Below are positions 25,001-37,478 of a stretch of 64,000 bases of DNA, one piece after another (within the stretch, counting starts at the first letter, position 1; every line of letters begins with the position of its first letter). A model generated the notes under the pieces. It was not told where the DNA came from. It did no database searches and was given only the letters and a program-made list of their open reading frames with translations. This stretch comes from Camelus ferus (taxonomy: Eukaryota). Where the stretch lies: positions 108,998,001 to 109,062,000 of the forward strand of contig NC_045697.1 of NCBI RefSeq assembly GCF_009834535.1, in the 5' to 3' direction. The translations under genes were made by a program, and so were the position numbers.

Positions 25001-25599
25001 ACATAAATGTTGAAACACTTGAGGTCATGCACTATGCTGTCTGTAGTAATATTACAATTAACGTTGATTAACTAACCACATAAGAAATAATTAAAATTGT
25101 TTATGAGAAAAAGAGAGGAAAGGAAAGAGGAAGGAAAAATGGAAGGAAGACTGGTTTTTCTAAACTTATGGGAAGTAATGTTATTCTCCCACACTGTAAT
25201 TCAGGTATCAGTCATTCTTTCTCAACTTTTGTAATGACTCCAGGATGTTCAGAATTCTGAGACATGCTCAATCCAGAACTCTAGAACTAGGTAGAGTGTT
25301 TGCAATGTTTGGGGAAAAGAAAAAAAAGCTTCAACTGGGTTTTCATTTTTTATTCCTCAGAGCAGGGGGATGAACATTTCCAAATGCATAGCCAACCAAA
25401 AAAAAAAAAAAAAAAAAGAATGGAAATCCATCAAAACCCAAAAGCTAGTAAGTCTATATTAGAGGATACAGGATGATTTTTTAAATTTTGCTTTTTAGAT
25501 TTGACATAGGAATGAAATAACTACTATTTAGTGTTGCTTAAGTAGATAAGGAAGCCTTCTTTGACAAATTGAAACAAAAGTGGTTTAAAAATCTCTTCT

Positions 25600-25912
25600 G
25601 TCACTTGGAGGATATTACGCTACATGAAATAAACCAGTCACAAAAGGACAAATCCTGTAGGATTTCACTTACATGAGGTACCCAGAGTAGTCACATTCAC
25701 TGGGACTGAAAGTAGAATGGTGGCTGCTCGGGGTGGAGAGGGGACATGGGGAGTTAGTGTTCAACAGGGACAGAGTTGCAGTTTTGCAAGATGAAGGGTT
25801 CTGGGGGTGGATGGTGGTGATGGTTACACAACAATGTGAATGTACTTAACATCCCCAAACTGTACATTTAAACGGTTAAGATGCAAAATGTTATTTTACT
25901 ACAACTAAAATA
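25600..25912 (+). mobile_element. L1MB-like 3' end fragment
   Basis: ccagtcacaaaaggacaaat...gaaagtagaatggtggctgc...ggatggtggtgatggttacacaacaatgtgaatgtacttaac. Confidence 0.8.
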
Positions 25913-28250
25913 GAAAAGTTTCTTCTTCCTTAATGAAGATGGCAGACAGACTTTGCAGTGGATTGATGGTAGATGAATTGTAGAAGAAAGTAGGAGAGCT
26001 TATTTGGAGGTTTTGGTGGGGGGAGGGGTAGCCATTCACACCCTTCTTCAGGGGGTCAGAACAACCCACCCTGGCAGCCTGGGGGGGACTGTCACTGTAG
26101 CAGGTGGGACCTCTCTGGAGGTGCTGAGGGGAGCTCCCTGCCTTCCGTTTTCACTCCCCTGTTCTCCAGGGATGGCATAACCCCTCTGTGGGCCTTTAAT
26201 GAGAAAGGTCAAGAGCTCTGTACATGCCAAGTGTACTTGCCTCGGCAGGCCTGCCGTCCCGCGCGGTAGATGTGGACTGATTGAACTTATGGGGAGGGCG
26301 GGGGCCAGGTCAGCTCATCCCTGTTCTTGGGGCCGTTTGTCTCAGCCTGTGCAGCCAGCGAGTCCCTGCGGAGTCCGTCGCTGGGAGTGACTCAAAGCAT
26401 CACCAGTCCCACACGCTTGGGTTTCTGAACTGCTGGTCCTGAACCGGCGGCAAGCCTTTGGGAAGTAAGATAAGCTAATTTACACGCGTAGCGATAACCC
26501 TCTTTCAAGGACTGTTTTGTAACAGTGCTTTAGAAGGTTCAGGCGGGATGACCTATGAGGAGGAGACGGTCCGCGCACCTGGCAGAGTGGAGGATGCCAG
26601 AGAGGAGGGCACTGTCCCCGCTGCCTTATCAGCGGTCTCACTTTCCTGCTGTTCACAGGAGGCGCTGGGATTTGTCCTGCCCTTCAGGTGCTCAGCGATG
26701 GCCAGCCTGGGTTCTTCCTTAGGAGTACTGCTGGATTCTCTTAAATTAGTGAGCAGTTTCTGAAGCCTTGCTTCAGGCTGCGGAGACAGCGGCTGCCCCA
26801 AGTGTGGCGCCCCCACCCTCCTGGGGCTGAGCGTGGAGGGCTGTCCCTGGTGGCCCAAAGCTGCACGGCCGGTGGCCGTCTGAGCTGGAGGGAACGTGCG
26901 TTCTGCCCTTCGTCTCAGAGATACAGCTCTGGGGTCCCCAGGGGACTTGGCCAGGCCCTGCGGATGGCTCCCTACAGATCTGCCCCAGTTCCTGGAGAAA
27001 TGCCCCAGTGTGAATCCTGGGCTGGGGGAGGACCACTCCCTGCTTGTCTGTGTTCCTATATCCTCAGCGATGTTGGAAGCCACAAGAGCTAGAGTGAACA
27101 GGAACCAGAGAGACCCAGGAGACTTTCAGTTCTAGTACTGCTTTGGGGAAGGTATAAAATGACACCTCTGAGGCTCAGTGTCCTTATCTGTCAAATAGGG
27201 ACAATACAAGTAACTTCTCCATCACTTTTTCGGCAACAATAGCGGTGGGTCTAGGCTGTGTGTACAGAGTCCCAGAGGGTGAGGGGTGAAGAGGGTGAAG
27301 GTGGGGCTTGGGGTGTAGGGGCGGGGAGGAGAGTGCTGCCATCAAGGGCTAACTACAGCAGGAGGTGGTAATTTAGTGAAAGCAATATAAAAAAAGTTTC
27401 TTTTTTTTTTTCCATTCCAAGTAGAAGGGAGGGCAGAGAAAGCTCTTCGGACGTGTATATAGCCAGGTCAATATACAAGCTCTTACTTGTGGCTTTTAAT
27501 TTGTGGATTATGATAAGCACATCGTTTTCTGTCTTAAATTTAGATTCCTCTTTTTGGTATGAGCTTTCTTCTTAAAGGATGTTGAGTTTGACAGGTTTTA
27601 TTCTCACCCTTTCTTTCCCCCCTCCTCTCCCCTCCCTTCACACCGAACTTGAACTGTAATCCAAGAAGGAGCCTGTTCTTTTAGCTTGGGAGTTTATTTT
27701 ATGGCTGGCAGGTGATTGTGTTAACATGAAATAAACCCCTAGGATAGTAAATAATGTGATTGTTTAAGATTAGTCTTCAAAAGAAGGCAACCATACTCTT
27801 GCAAAAATTTAACCTTGTAGCCAGGAAGTCCCATTAACTTTGGTTAACAGTCTTTGCTGCTTCTTATAAACTTAGAAGCAGGCCCAGAGATCAGGAATTT
27901 AATCTGAAACCTGATTCTTTTTTGCTCACAATGAATCACATACTTTTGGAAGGGAAGAACATTATGACAACATTCCCATTTTAGCTAGTCTCCCTTTTCC
28001 AAAAAACAAATGGGAAAAATTGCAGGCTTTTAAAGTTATCTTTCCTCCATGTATCTTGGATATTTACTTTCAAAGAAATTGCTTCTGTATGTAACACCAC
28101 CCACCTCCCCAAAGAAAGTTTATGTCTTATTTCTAGTCTGATAAAGCCCTTCCAGGTTATCACAGTGGTTTTCCCTTATCTGTGGGGGGCTACGTTCCAA
28201 GACCCCCAGTGGATGCCTAAAACCGTGGATAGTACCAAACCCTGTATCTA

Positions 28251-28688
28251 CAGACTGTCCCGTGATGGTTCGACTTGAGATTTTTCAACTTTACGATGGT
28301 GTGAAAGCAGCAGGCATTCAGTAGAAACTGTGCTTGGAATTTTGAGTTTTGATCCTTTCCCAGGCTAACCATAGGCAGTCCAGTCCGCTGTCGTGATGCT
28401 GGGCAGGGGCAGCCCGGCAGCTCCCAAGCAGCCACGTGATCATGAGGATAAACAGCCAATTCACTGGCAACCTGTTTTCCACTTTCAGTACAGTATTCAG
28501 TCGATTACATGAGCCATTCAACACTTTGTTATACAGTATGCTTTATGTTAGATGGTTCTGCCCAACAGCAGGCTAATGTAAACATTCTGAGTTGGCTGGG
28601 CCAAGCTGTGACGTTAGGTGTCTTAAGTCCATTTTCCACATTTTCAATTTATGATGGGTTTATCGGGACATAAATTGAGGAGGATCTG
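28251..28688 (-). mobile_element. MER47 (Tigger5-derived)-like non-autonomous DNA transposon
   Basis: TA|cagactgtccc ... gaggaggatctg|TA gives a TA target duplication and degenerate TIRs. Interior matches the recalled MER47 consensus (gatgggtttatcgggac; gttagatggttctgcccaac). Confidence 0.78.
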
Positions 28689-28796
28689 TACTGTGTTCTT
28701 TCCTATAGATATGTAACTATGATAAAGCTTAATTTATCACTTGGGCACAGTAGGAGATTAACAACAATAAGGAATAGTAAAATAGAACAGTTATAA

Positions 28797-29266
28797 TGTC
28801 GATGACCAGACATTAATCAGTCCATCTAAGAAAGAAATTGAAAATTTTATTCGAGCCAAACTGAGGACTATCACCCGGAAACAGCCTTTCAGAAAGCTCT
28901 GAGAACTGTTTTGCCCATTTGAGATGAAAGCACAGTTATATAAATTTTGAGACAGAGGGTTGTGCATTAAATGACATGTTGACAATTTACAGAATCCAGA
29001 TCTGCCCATACCAAGCGAGAGTGGGTCATCGGTCATGGTGGCCTCTTACAAGATTAAGAAGAAGGTTATCTCCTAAGAAGTTATCTTGTTGATGACAGGA
29101 AAATGTTGCTCTTAATGGCTGAGCAGGTATTTCTGCCGATGGGGAGGTTTGGTTGATGCACAAGGCAGATACATGGTGCTTAGGAAAGGGAAGAGAGGAG
29201 GCCAAAGGTCAGAGAATGTTTAAATTTTCCTTGATTTGCCTTAGAATGTGAATTTTTATTTCATCA
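28797..29266 (-). mobile_element. Solo LTR, 470 bp, ERV1-like
   Basis: TG...CA termini and 4-bp TSD ATAA (28793-28796, 29267-29270). On the minus strand a TATA-like tttatataac (~28940) precedes AATAAA (~28850). Confidence 0.82.
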
Positions 29267-29311
29267 ATAACAGTATACTGCAATGAAAGTTAAATGAATG
29301 TGGTCTCTCTC

Positions 29312-29620
29312 TCAAAATACCTTATTGTACAAACTGAATGCCTGTTCCATCTTAACGAAGCACTCATCATGCACGGTGGCTGTAACTTTTGCAGTTTGAG
29401 GTTCACCTGCAAAACTAGCATGAATTTCTTTTTCCTTCCTCACAATTTCATGGATAGAGGATTTGTTCTTACTGTAGATCTTGGCAGCCTCAGCATACAA
29501 TTTTTTTCCTTTCCTAGTTAAGTCGAGAACTCCAACCTTTTCACTTAAAGGAAGCGCTTTACAGCCTCTCTTTGGCACATCTGAATTGCCGGCATCACTG
29601 TTCTCATGCTTTGTGGCCAT
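29312..29620 (-). pseudogene. Tigger transposase N-terminal (CENP-B/HTH-psq-like) remnant
   Basis: Translation KRGCKALPLSEKVGVLDLTRKGKKLYAEAAKIYSKNKSSIHEIVRKEKEI has the LxxKxxxLD / HTH pattern of pogo-Tigger transposases. No DDE domain follows. Confidence 0.72.
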
Positions 29621-30672
29621 TAGTAAAATAAGGGTCATTTGAACACAAGCACTGTGATACCATGACAATAGCCCAATAACCAGGATGGCCAATAAGTGAC
29701 TAAGGGACACCATATGCAGGATACACTCTCATCACGAAACGTGAGCTTTCATCACTCCACTCAAAAGGCACACAATTTAAAAGTTAGGAAGTGTTTATTT
29801 CTGGAATTTTCCATTTCATGTTTTTGGACTTCAGCTGACCGGGGTAAATAAACTGTTTCACTCACGTGAAATTGTGGAAACGGGGGAACTACTGTAATTT
29901 TAAACAGCCCAAATCTATTGCAGCAAAAACCTGGGTTTAGCGGGTACCTTAGACTAGCCACCATATTTCATTAAATCAAAGATGATGCATGTATTGCAAG
30001 ATGCATCCTGATTGCAGAGATGTTCACATGCCAAAAAAAAAATGCTTCTTAGACTTGGGGAAATACAGCACAAGAGTTTTCCTTTTTAAATTCTGAGTAA
30101 ATAAAGTGTAGGGCACTGTCTTACCTCCTCCTAAAAGGGCTGTAGGACATACATATTCTTTTTCAATGAAAATAAAATTTTCCTTTAGAAAAATATCAAG
30201 AATGTTATTACATCTTTAAAAGTAACAGTGTTGGTCCTTTTACATTCCTAAATCAGGGTTGGGATTCATTCTGCAACATCTTCAGAGTTCAAATCTCATA
30301 TGATTCTTGCTATGCTGAGACATCTATTTCCAAATTGGAGTGTTTAATTGTGGGGTGTATAATTCTAAGAGGAAATTGCAAAATTTAGAAAATTTTAATA
30401 TAATTTATGTAAACTATACAATATTAAATTAGATATGTGTAAGTATTACAGTTAACAAAATATGTCATTGCAGAAAGTTGGGGAGATGATAATATTTTGA
30501 TGTTCATAAAACTATATTAGGTATATCAGTTAATCTCTAGATATACATAGTGGGAATTATTCTCTTATACATTAAAATCAGTGTTGTATTTTGATAAATT
30601 TTAATTCTCTTCTTCCCTCCAACTCTTTTTATTTGTGTTTTAATAATCTTACGTGTCTCTATTTTTTTCCAG

Positions 30673-30734
30673 ATTACCATCTTGGATGCAAAACGGAACA
30701 TGAACATTGGGATATTTCTTAAGCAGTTTAAGAA
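30673..30734 (+). CDS. FHDC1: FHDC1 coding exon 2 (ITILDAKRNMNIGIFLKQFK)
   Basis: tttttttccag| acceptor and AA|GTAAGA donor. 62 nt. Contains the FH2 LDxKR..NI.I.L motif. Confidence 0.95.
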
Positions 30735-31398
30735 GTAAGATTTTTGCACACATTTGAAACTTTTGTCACGTCCTTGCTGTCAGCATCAGAGGCTGTGGGT
30801 GTGAGCTGAAATGCAGATTCTAACGAGTGAAAGTTATTCCTCATACCTTCAAGCTGTTTTTAGACGCATGGCTTGATGAGTCCCCAAGTGTGTGGCACTT
30901 TCTGCTGTTTACTGTCATAAAAACACAATCTTGTGGCTTGGAGTCCAGGGAGAATTGCCCTGGGGTGTCTACTCAAGTCCAGTATGTCAGGGAATTTATA
31001 AATTCATCTGTGGCGTTGTCCCGTGAGTGGAGGCTGGACCGCTGAGTCAAACAGTGGTTAAATTCAGGTGTTCTAAAGCGGAAAAGAGCAGGCCCTGGCT
31101 CCAGGGGTTCCACAGAGCTGCTTTCCTTCTCCCAAAGAAGCCTCCAGGGGCGGTTGCCACCTGGACCTCTCTAGGAGGCCCAAGGATGGTTTTCTAGGGG
31201 AAGGGACCTCTGGTATACCAGGGTTCTCGCTTTCCCTGGCAGTGAGGCTGTTACGATCGCTGACACAAGACCGCCCATCAGACTGGGGAGGAGGCGGGAT
31301 GGGAAGGAGGGTGGAGGTGATTTGTTTTAATTTCCACTGGCTTGTGTTTCTGGCACTCCAGCACATGTGACCTGGAATCTGATCACTGTCTTTTCAAG

Positions 31399-31501
31399 GT
31401 CTCCTCCGTCCATTGTAGAAGATATTCATCAAGGAAAGAGTGAGCATTATGGATCAGAGACATTGCGGGAGTTTCTGAAGCTTTTGCCAGAGTCAGAGGA
31501 G
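31399..31501 (+). CDS. FHDC1: FHDC1 coding exon 3 (SPPSIVEDIHQG...LLPESEE)
   Basis: ttttcaag| acceptor and GAG|GTAAGG donor. 103 nt, phase 2 to 0. FH2 LPxxEE motif. Confidence 0.95.
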
Positions 31502-31649
31502 GTAAGGAATTTGGGGCATGAGTTTCAGATGTTAGGAGTGATGATGAAAGTTTAATAGTTTTAGGAATGCCAGAACTCACATGGGAAGGGCACTCTCCTA
31601 TTCAGAGCCAGAGTTTTCTCTCATAACAGCAAACAGTTACCCAGTAGAA

Positions 31650-31865
31650 AGAGTTTGGGTTATGGAATTAGAGAACCTAGGTTTGAAGTGGAGCTCTTCC
31701 CTTACTTGAGAAAGTTGGGCAAGATTCTTAAGTCCTGTGAACTTTAATTTCCTCACCTGTAAAGTGAGGCTAACGATGCTTACCTCATTGGATTGTCGAG
31801 GTGATTAAACCCTAGTCATGCATCCAACCTGGTACTTGGCACATGGGAGCTCAATAAATTTTAGT
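31650..31865 (+). mobile_element. MIR
   Basis: ttgggcaagattctt...tttcctcacctgtaaagtgagg...tacttggcacatgggagctcaataaat matches the MIR core and tail. Confidence 0.7.
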
Positions 31866-33839
31866 TCCCTTTTCTGTCGTCTAAGGATGATCTTTGCCTA
31901 GGGTGTACCCAGGCTTGTTTCATAACATGTAAACTTTAAGAAAAGAAAAGAAAAAGCAACCACTTTGGAATAAAGATGCTCTAAAAACTGGAGAGGTAGG
32001 TAAACTTTTAATAAATGTTGTCTATATAATTGACTAAAAGGTGGAGAATGCTGTGATAACAATAGAGTACCACAATATAAATAAATAAAGTTATGGATTT
32101 TGGTGGGGGGCTGATTTAACTGAGTTTCTGAATGATTAGTAGTATGACAGAATGAAAAATAGAAAAACAGTTCTGTAAAAGCTTCCAGAACTGTGATATT
32201 GTCTATTTATGAAGAAGTGACCTGTGGAAAAATTCAGTAAGAAGTTACGTGAACACATAGGCTTGTACATAGGCTTGTAAACATTTGAATAATGCAGAAT
32301 CTTATAAAGTAAAATGCATAAGTGACCCTTTTACACGTACTGCTGGTTCTTCCCTCCCTGCTCCTCTTCCCAGACATAATTTATGGATCTTGCCTTTAGT
32401 GTCATTAATAACAACAAGAGAAATATATTTCTGCTTTTTCTTTCCCATCACTGATAAACGCACAATGTCAGATTGAGGATCTTAGTGGGTAACTGGATAT
32501 TCCGGGTACATCTAATAACCTGAGCTGCTCTCTCCACCTCGGGTTTTCTGTTTGCAAATTAATTGTAAGTTACCAAAGCCCAGATTAATTAATGGTGTGT
32601 ATTAATGTCAGTAAAGGGTCTTAAAGAGTTGAGGGAAAGGTACATTAGATCATAATTTACCCTGGATCCTATATACAGAACACTCTTTAATCTTTTATGT
32701 GAAGAATGGGTGTTCCAAACATTTTTTCTTAATTGAAGTATAGTTGATTTACAATATTGTGCTTGTTTCAGGTGTACTCAGAGTCTTTTATTAGGATGGG
32801 TAGGGTTTAATGAACTGAGTTGCTCTAGAAACCTTATTCCTGCTTGGGTGCTTTCATGCCTCCTCCTGGTACCCAGTCCTAACAGAGCCCTCAATTTCCA
32901 ATTATAAGTGGAAGTCAGGCATGAGGGAGGCTGCCGGCTTCCTGCCATGAGAGGGAGGAGGCTAAATGTGGTTTCCTTTATATCTTCATTTCTAACTTAA
33001 AAATCAGAGGCAATTAGAGAATGCAAAGGCAGTGGAAGGCTCACAGGTCTTTCAGAGAAGCCGGTTAGCTGTCACATTGCTCCTGTTTTAAAGACCCCCA
33101 TTTTCTGAGTTGTGTGTGGGGTGTAATTCAAAGGGAAGACACGGTTAAGGGAATGATGACTAAAACCCACCCCAGCACTGCCCAGGACCCTGGGGCTCTT
33201 TCTGCCCCAGACAGTTAGCTGAGCCCGGACACGGTGTCCTGCAGAGATGGAACCCTGCCCTGGGACCCTGCACTGCTTTCCTGGCCCCTGGAGCAGTCCA
33301 TCAGCCTCCTGCTGCAGGGCCATCCTCGTCTGACTGTCTAACCAGCTGGGTCACACTCCTGCTGGTTTACATCACTGACGCCTGGCTCTGGCTCACCACA
33401 CCCTCCAAACTCCACTGGGAGCTTCCCTCGGCAGAAACACCCTGACAGTCCCCAGGGCCGCTTGGCGCCCCTCCCTACACCACCCTGGGGTGTGTGTGCT
33501 GGCAGAGGGAGCCACCTCATGACCACAGCCACTGCGGGCACGGACTGGCTTTGCTGCGAGTGCAGGGCGCCCACTGGCCCCACCCGGAACCAAGGCTGAC
33601 CCTGCAGTCCTGGGTGGAGAGTAGAGGCTGGAGATGAAGCCAAGGAGGAGGTAGGGCCAAGTGAGAGAGTTTTAGGAATGTGGCAGAAATACGCTGCTAA
33701 ATGCAGCAATGTCCGTGTAACTGCACGTTGCTACACCTGTAGGGTAACGTTCTGCGCTCATTTTTAGCACACGGAGGGACTGAACATTGCTTGAGTGCCC
33801 CGTGTTCCAGACTCTGGACTGAGCTGGAGGCCAGCAAGT

Positions 33840-33990
33840 GCTTGGCCCAGTGCCTGGCCCACACAAAGTCAATAAATAAGAAACAGAGGCTCATCCAGGT
33901 TAGCCAACGCTTGTCTAGTGTCATGTGATTCGAGAGGCCTGGAGGACGGTGGTTTTGAACCCTGGGCTGTCTGACTCCAGAGCTGTTCCT
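33840..33990 (-). mobile_element. MIR fragment
   Basis: gaaacagaggctca...gttttgaaccctgggctgtctgactccagagc. Confidence 0.6.
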
Positions 33991-36056
33991 TGGGCTGCAG
34001 TCCACTGCTCCCTTCAGGGAAGGAAGGCCAAGGGTTCTCAGAGACCCGCCCCCGTGGCCTCCCCGCCCCGCATCCCCTCCCGCGTGCACAGCGCACTGGC
34101 GAGGAGAGTGTCACTCAGGATTGCAGCGTCATCTCATCAGCACGCTGGAATTACGATTGGAAATGGTCCTTTCTCTCCTGCCGGCTCAGCTGGCAGGCTC
34201 ACCCCATGGGAAATTGTTTTCAGGATTTCTCTGCCCTTCACCACAAAGCTTTTATGTGGTGTCTTTGTTCATCTTGCTTCAAACTCGCAGAGGGAGAAGG
34301 TGAACCCAGAAATCAAAGCACCAGGGCCGGAGAGGGGGCTTGACAGGGAGCAGGCGGTCGTGGGAAGGAGCCCTTCCCTCCGTTGGCGCTGGTCCACTGT
34401 CGCCGGCTCAGTGTCTGTTGGGGACACAGGGCTGGAAGGTGGAACTTCTGTTTTCTGGAAGCAGGTTGCGTTGCCTCCTCTGGCATGTCTCTCACCTCAC
34501 TCTTCCCTTCCTTGTCTGCCCTGTTCCTGGGAGAGGAGGAAGCCCCAGAGTCTCCTCTTGGCTGGGTCTGTCGGCGGGAATGCCTGCTGTTTCAAGGCCA
34601 TGTGAGTGGAATTAGACTGCATGACGGAGGCCTGCCCTTTGGAATGTGTGAGTCTTAAGAAGCGTGCCGTTTGCTGTTAGGACAGAAACCGGGCACAGCC
34701 AGGTTGTAATGAGAGTCGGCTGGCCCAGCCAAGAAAATGATGCCTGACATCGTTTGATAAATGCTTTTTGATGATGATGAGAATGCATAATAATTACAGG
34801 GTTTGTCCACCTCTCTTTTTTACCTCCCTCACTGTGAAGGCACAGTAATCCCTCTTAATGAACATAAATCTCATTTTGAAATGGAATTAAGAACCGTATA
34901 CACGGCATTGAAGTCACAGACTATCTTTAGTATCACCGTCCTCTTGAACTCCATAAACATTTTTCACTCTTTATATAAGTGAAGGCGATTAATCATTGTT
35001 CATTTACAGTTCAGCACATGTTTAATAGAAATATCTACCAAGTGTACTTAACATGACCTGTTGTTACGCTTCAGACAGGAAACCGTGCCGCGGTTCTCAG
35101 AAGTCCTGCCCGTGCTACATATGTGGTCTTCTGCAAGGCACAGCCCTTCTCTCCCCCTGCCCATATATGGTGAATCGTTCAACTCTGGTTCAGAAAGGAT
35201 CAGACTTCATTCTGTGGCTTTCTCAGTCCAGCATCTAGGCACTGATTTGGGTTTAGCTAATCCAGAAGTTCCATCTGCCCTTAAATGTAGTAAGGCTGAA
35301 ACCAGAAAATTCACTTCGGGGCCCTACAGGGAGAGGAAATAGTGCATTTCTATAAATGGCTGTTTTCTGCTGACGTGGGGGGAAATGTCATCGTAAGGCC
35401 CAGACTTACTACCAGGCTGTGCGTCTGCACGCTCACATGGCGGTATTTTCAGATAACCGATGCAGATATGTCAGTTTGTGGATCTTCGCAAATACCCCGT
35501 CCTCCTTGTTTTTGCACTGTTATCTCCTATTTTTCAAGAGGTTTAAAAATCATGTTATTTGTAAGGGCACCTAACATAATCCAGGGCATGGGAGAGAGAA
35601 AGCTTTATTAAAAATAACAGAAAATGTAAGTGTGAGGGTAGGCTGTCAGCTTTACGCGGGTAGTCTGAAGATGCTGCTTACCATACAGGGTTTTTGTTGG
35701 AAGACTGTACTACAGTGAACGGAGATGTGTTTTTGCCATCAGGTTGGTCCCAGCTTCTGTGTGGGGAAGTCACGTCTTGCTCTCTGATGCAGTTTGAGAA
35801 CTTTCTCTTTGCCTCCATCCCTACCTGCTGGCTGTTTGGCTAGATTCCTATGTCAGAACTCTTTTCTTTCCCTTTACTACAGCTGAAAGAATATTTGTGA
35901 GTTTAAGAACTTTAAGTGTCATTTTTTTACAATAGTAGTACCTATTCACTGGGGAAAATTTGGGAAATAAAAAGGAGCTGCAGAAGCAAATGATCATGAC
36001 TGTGCTCCAACAGCTTGTGTAGACACCTGGCTCGTCTTGTTCCTGTGTTTGAAGAG

Positions 36057-36207
36057 TGATTTATTTATTTAGGCTTTTTTTTTTGGTGGGGGAGGGAGGT
36101 AATTAGGTTTATTTACTTCTTTATTTTTAGAAGAGGCACTGGGGATTGAATCCAGGACCTCATGCATGCTAAGTATGCGCTCTCCCACTTGAGCTATACC
36201 CTCCCCC
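36057..36207 (-). mobile_element. tRNA-derived SINE (Vic-1-like) with ~21-bp TSD
   Basis: Reverse-complement SINE. Direct repeats cttgttcctgtgtttgaagag (36036-36056) and cttgttcctgggtttgcagag (36208-36228). Confidence 0.92.
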
Positions 36208-36992
36208 CTTGTTCCTGGGTTTGCAGAGGGTACGTGGAGGGTCGGGGCATAGCAGACACCTCTTTTCTGAATTTGTAGGTGTGGGAGCCTACTGTACACG
36301 GTGTTTTATTCCCTGATTTTTTTCTTAGGGGAAAATCTTGACATTGATCTTTGAATTATTTAAGCGGTTTTCCTTTTTATCTTCCTGCTGGAGAGCCGCT
36401 GTGTCCTCACCTCAGCACAAGTGGCCCCTTCCTGTAAAGCTGCTGCATGGGAAGCGGGACTTGACCTCAGAGAATTAAGGTCTCTGTTAGACAGCCCAGC
36501 ATCCACCCCTGTCTAAGTCTCGTATCCAAAATACTCCAAATAATAAGATTGTTCATTTATGACTCAGACTTTGCTGTAGTGACTGTCCAGTTGCTTCTTT
36601 TTCCAAACAGGAATCTCCCTTCCAGATTGTAACTCAGAAAAAATTTCCATCCTTAGAACCGACCCTTTTTCAGCCTGCCGTTAGTGCCTGCCCCGAGGAG
36701 TCCAGTGGCTCCAGCTCTCTGGCTTGTTTGCGATTGTTTTATCCCCACATAAGTGACACAGCTCTCCTCTTCCTAACTTGCTTGTTTAGTTTTTTTTTTT
36801 TCTTTTAAAAAACAAAGTAGTGGATGTAATGATTCCCTTTTCCGTCTTTTCTTAGGTCCACTCTCATATCAATTTGAACTTAGCACTGAAATCCTTATTT
36901 TCTTAAAGGAATTCGAAGATGAAGTTTAGAGTTCTGTTACATTTTAATTATTTGTCCTTTTTCACTTGACCCTCTTTCCCTCTGTCTTTTAG

Positions 36993-37078
36993 ATCAAGAA
37001 ACTAAAAGCATTTAGTGGCGACGTCGCCAAGCTGTCCCTGGCAGACTCCTTTCTGCACTGCTTAATTCAGGTGCCAAA
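36993..37078 (+). CDS. FHDC1: FHDC1 coding exon 4 (IKKLKAFSGDVAKLSLADSFLHCLIQVP)
   Basis: Long pyrimidine tract plus tag| acceptor, AA|GTAAGG donor. 86 nt. Confidence 0.95.
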
Positions 37079-37165
37079 GTAAGGATCATTGATTACTGTT
37101 CTTTGCAGAATAAGGTTTTTAAATCGGTGACATCAAATTCGACAGTTTTACTTTTTATTTTTCAG

Positions 37166-37266
37166 CTATTCACTTCGAATTGAAGCCATGGTGCTAAAGA
37201 AAGAATTTTTACCTTCCTGTTCCACTCTATACACAGATATAACTATTCTTAGAACTGCTATACAAG
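37166..37266 (+). CDS. FHDC1: FHDC1 coding exon 5 (YSLRIEAMVLKKEFLPSC...)
   Basis: tttttcag| acceptor after an 87-nt intron, AAG|GTCAGT donor. 101 nt, phases consistent. Confidence 0.95.
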
Positions 37267-37319
37267 GTCAGTAAATATATGATGCGTCATGTGATTTGTT
37301 TTTATTTTAGGGGCAGTTT

Positions 37320-37478
37320 ATTTTTTTCTTTTTTAAAATTAATTTTTATTTTTTTATTTTTGGGGGAAGTAGTTAGGTTTATTTATTTGTTTGTTTTTCA
37401 ACGGAGGTACTGGGGATTGAACCCAGGACCTCATGTATGCTAAGCACATGCTCTACCACTGAGCTAGACCCTTCCCGC
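37320..37478 (-). mobile_element. tRNA-derived SINE (Vic-1-like)
   Basis: ggaggtactggggattgaacccaggacctc...ctctaccactgagcta. Confidence 0.9.

Larger units (their letters stand above)
28163..29894 (-). mobile_element. MER44/Tigger7-like TcMar DNA transposon fossil, split by two insertions
   Basis: Imperfect TIRs cagtggttttcccttatc (28163) and ...gggggaactactg|ta (29894). Internal remnant ORF resembles a Tigger transposase N-terminus. Confidence 0.8.

Noticed and set aside
32256..32279. Short tandem duplication (acataggcttgt)x2
   Set aside because: Ordinary slippage duplication with no further structure.
33925..34605. 226-aa intronic ORF
   Set aside because: Non-ATG start within a MIR, GC-rich intron, no recognisable homology.
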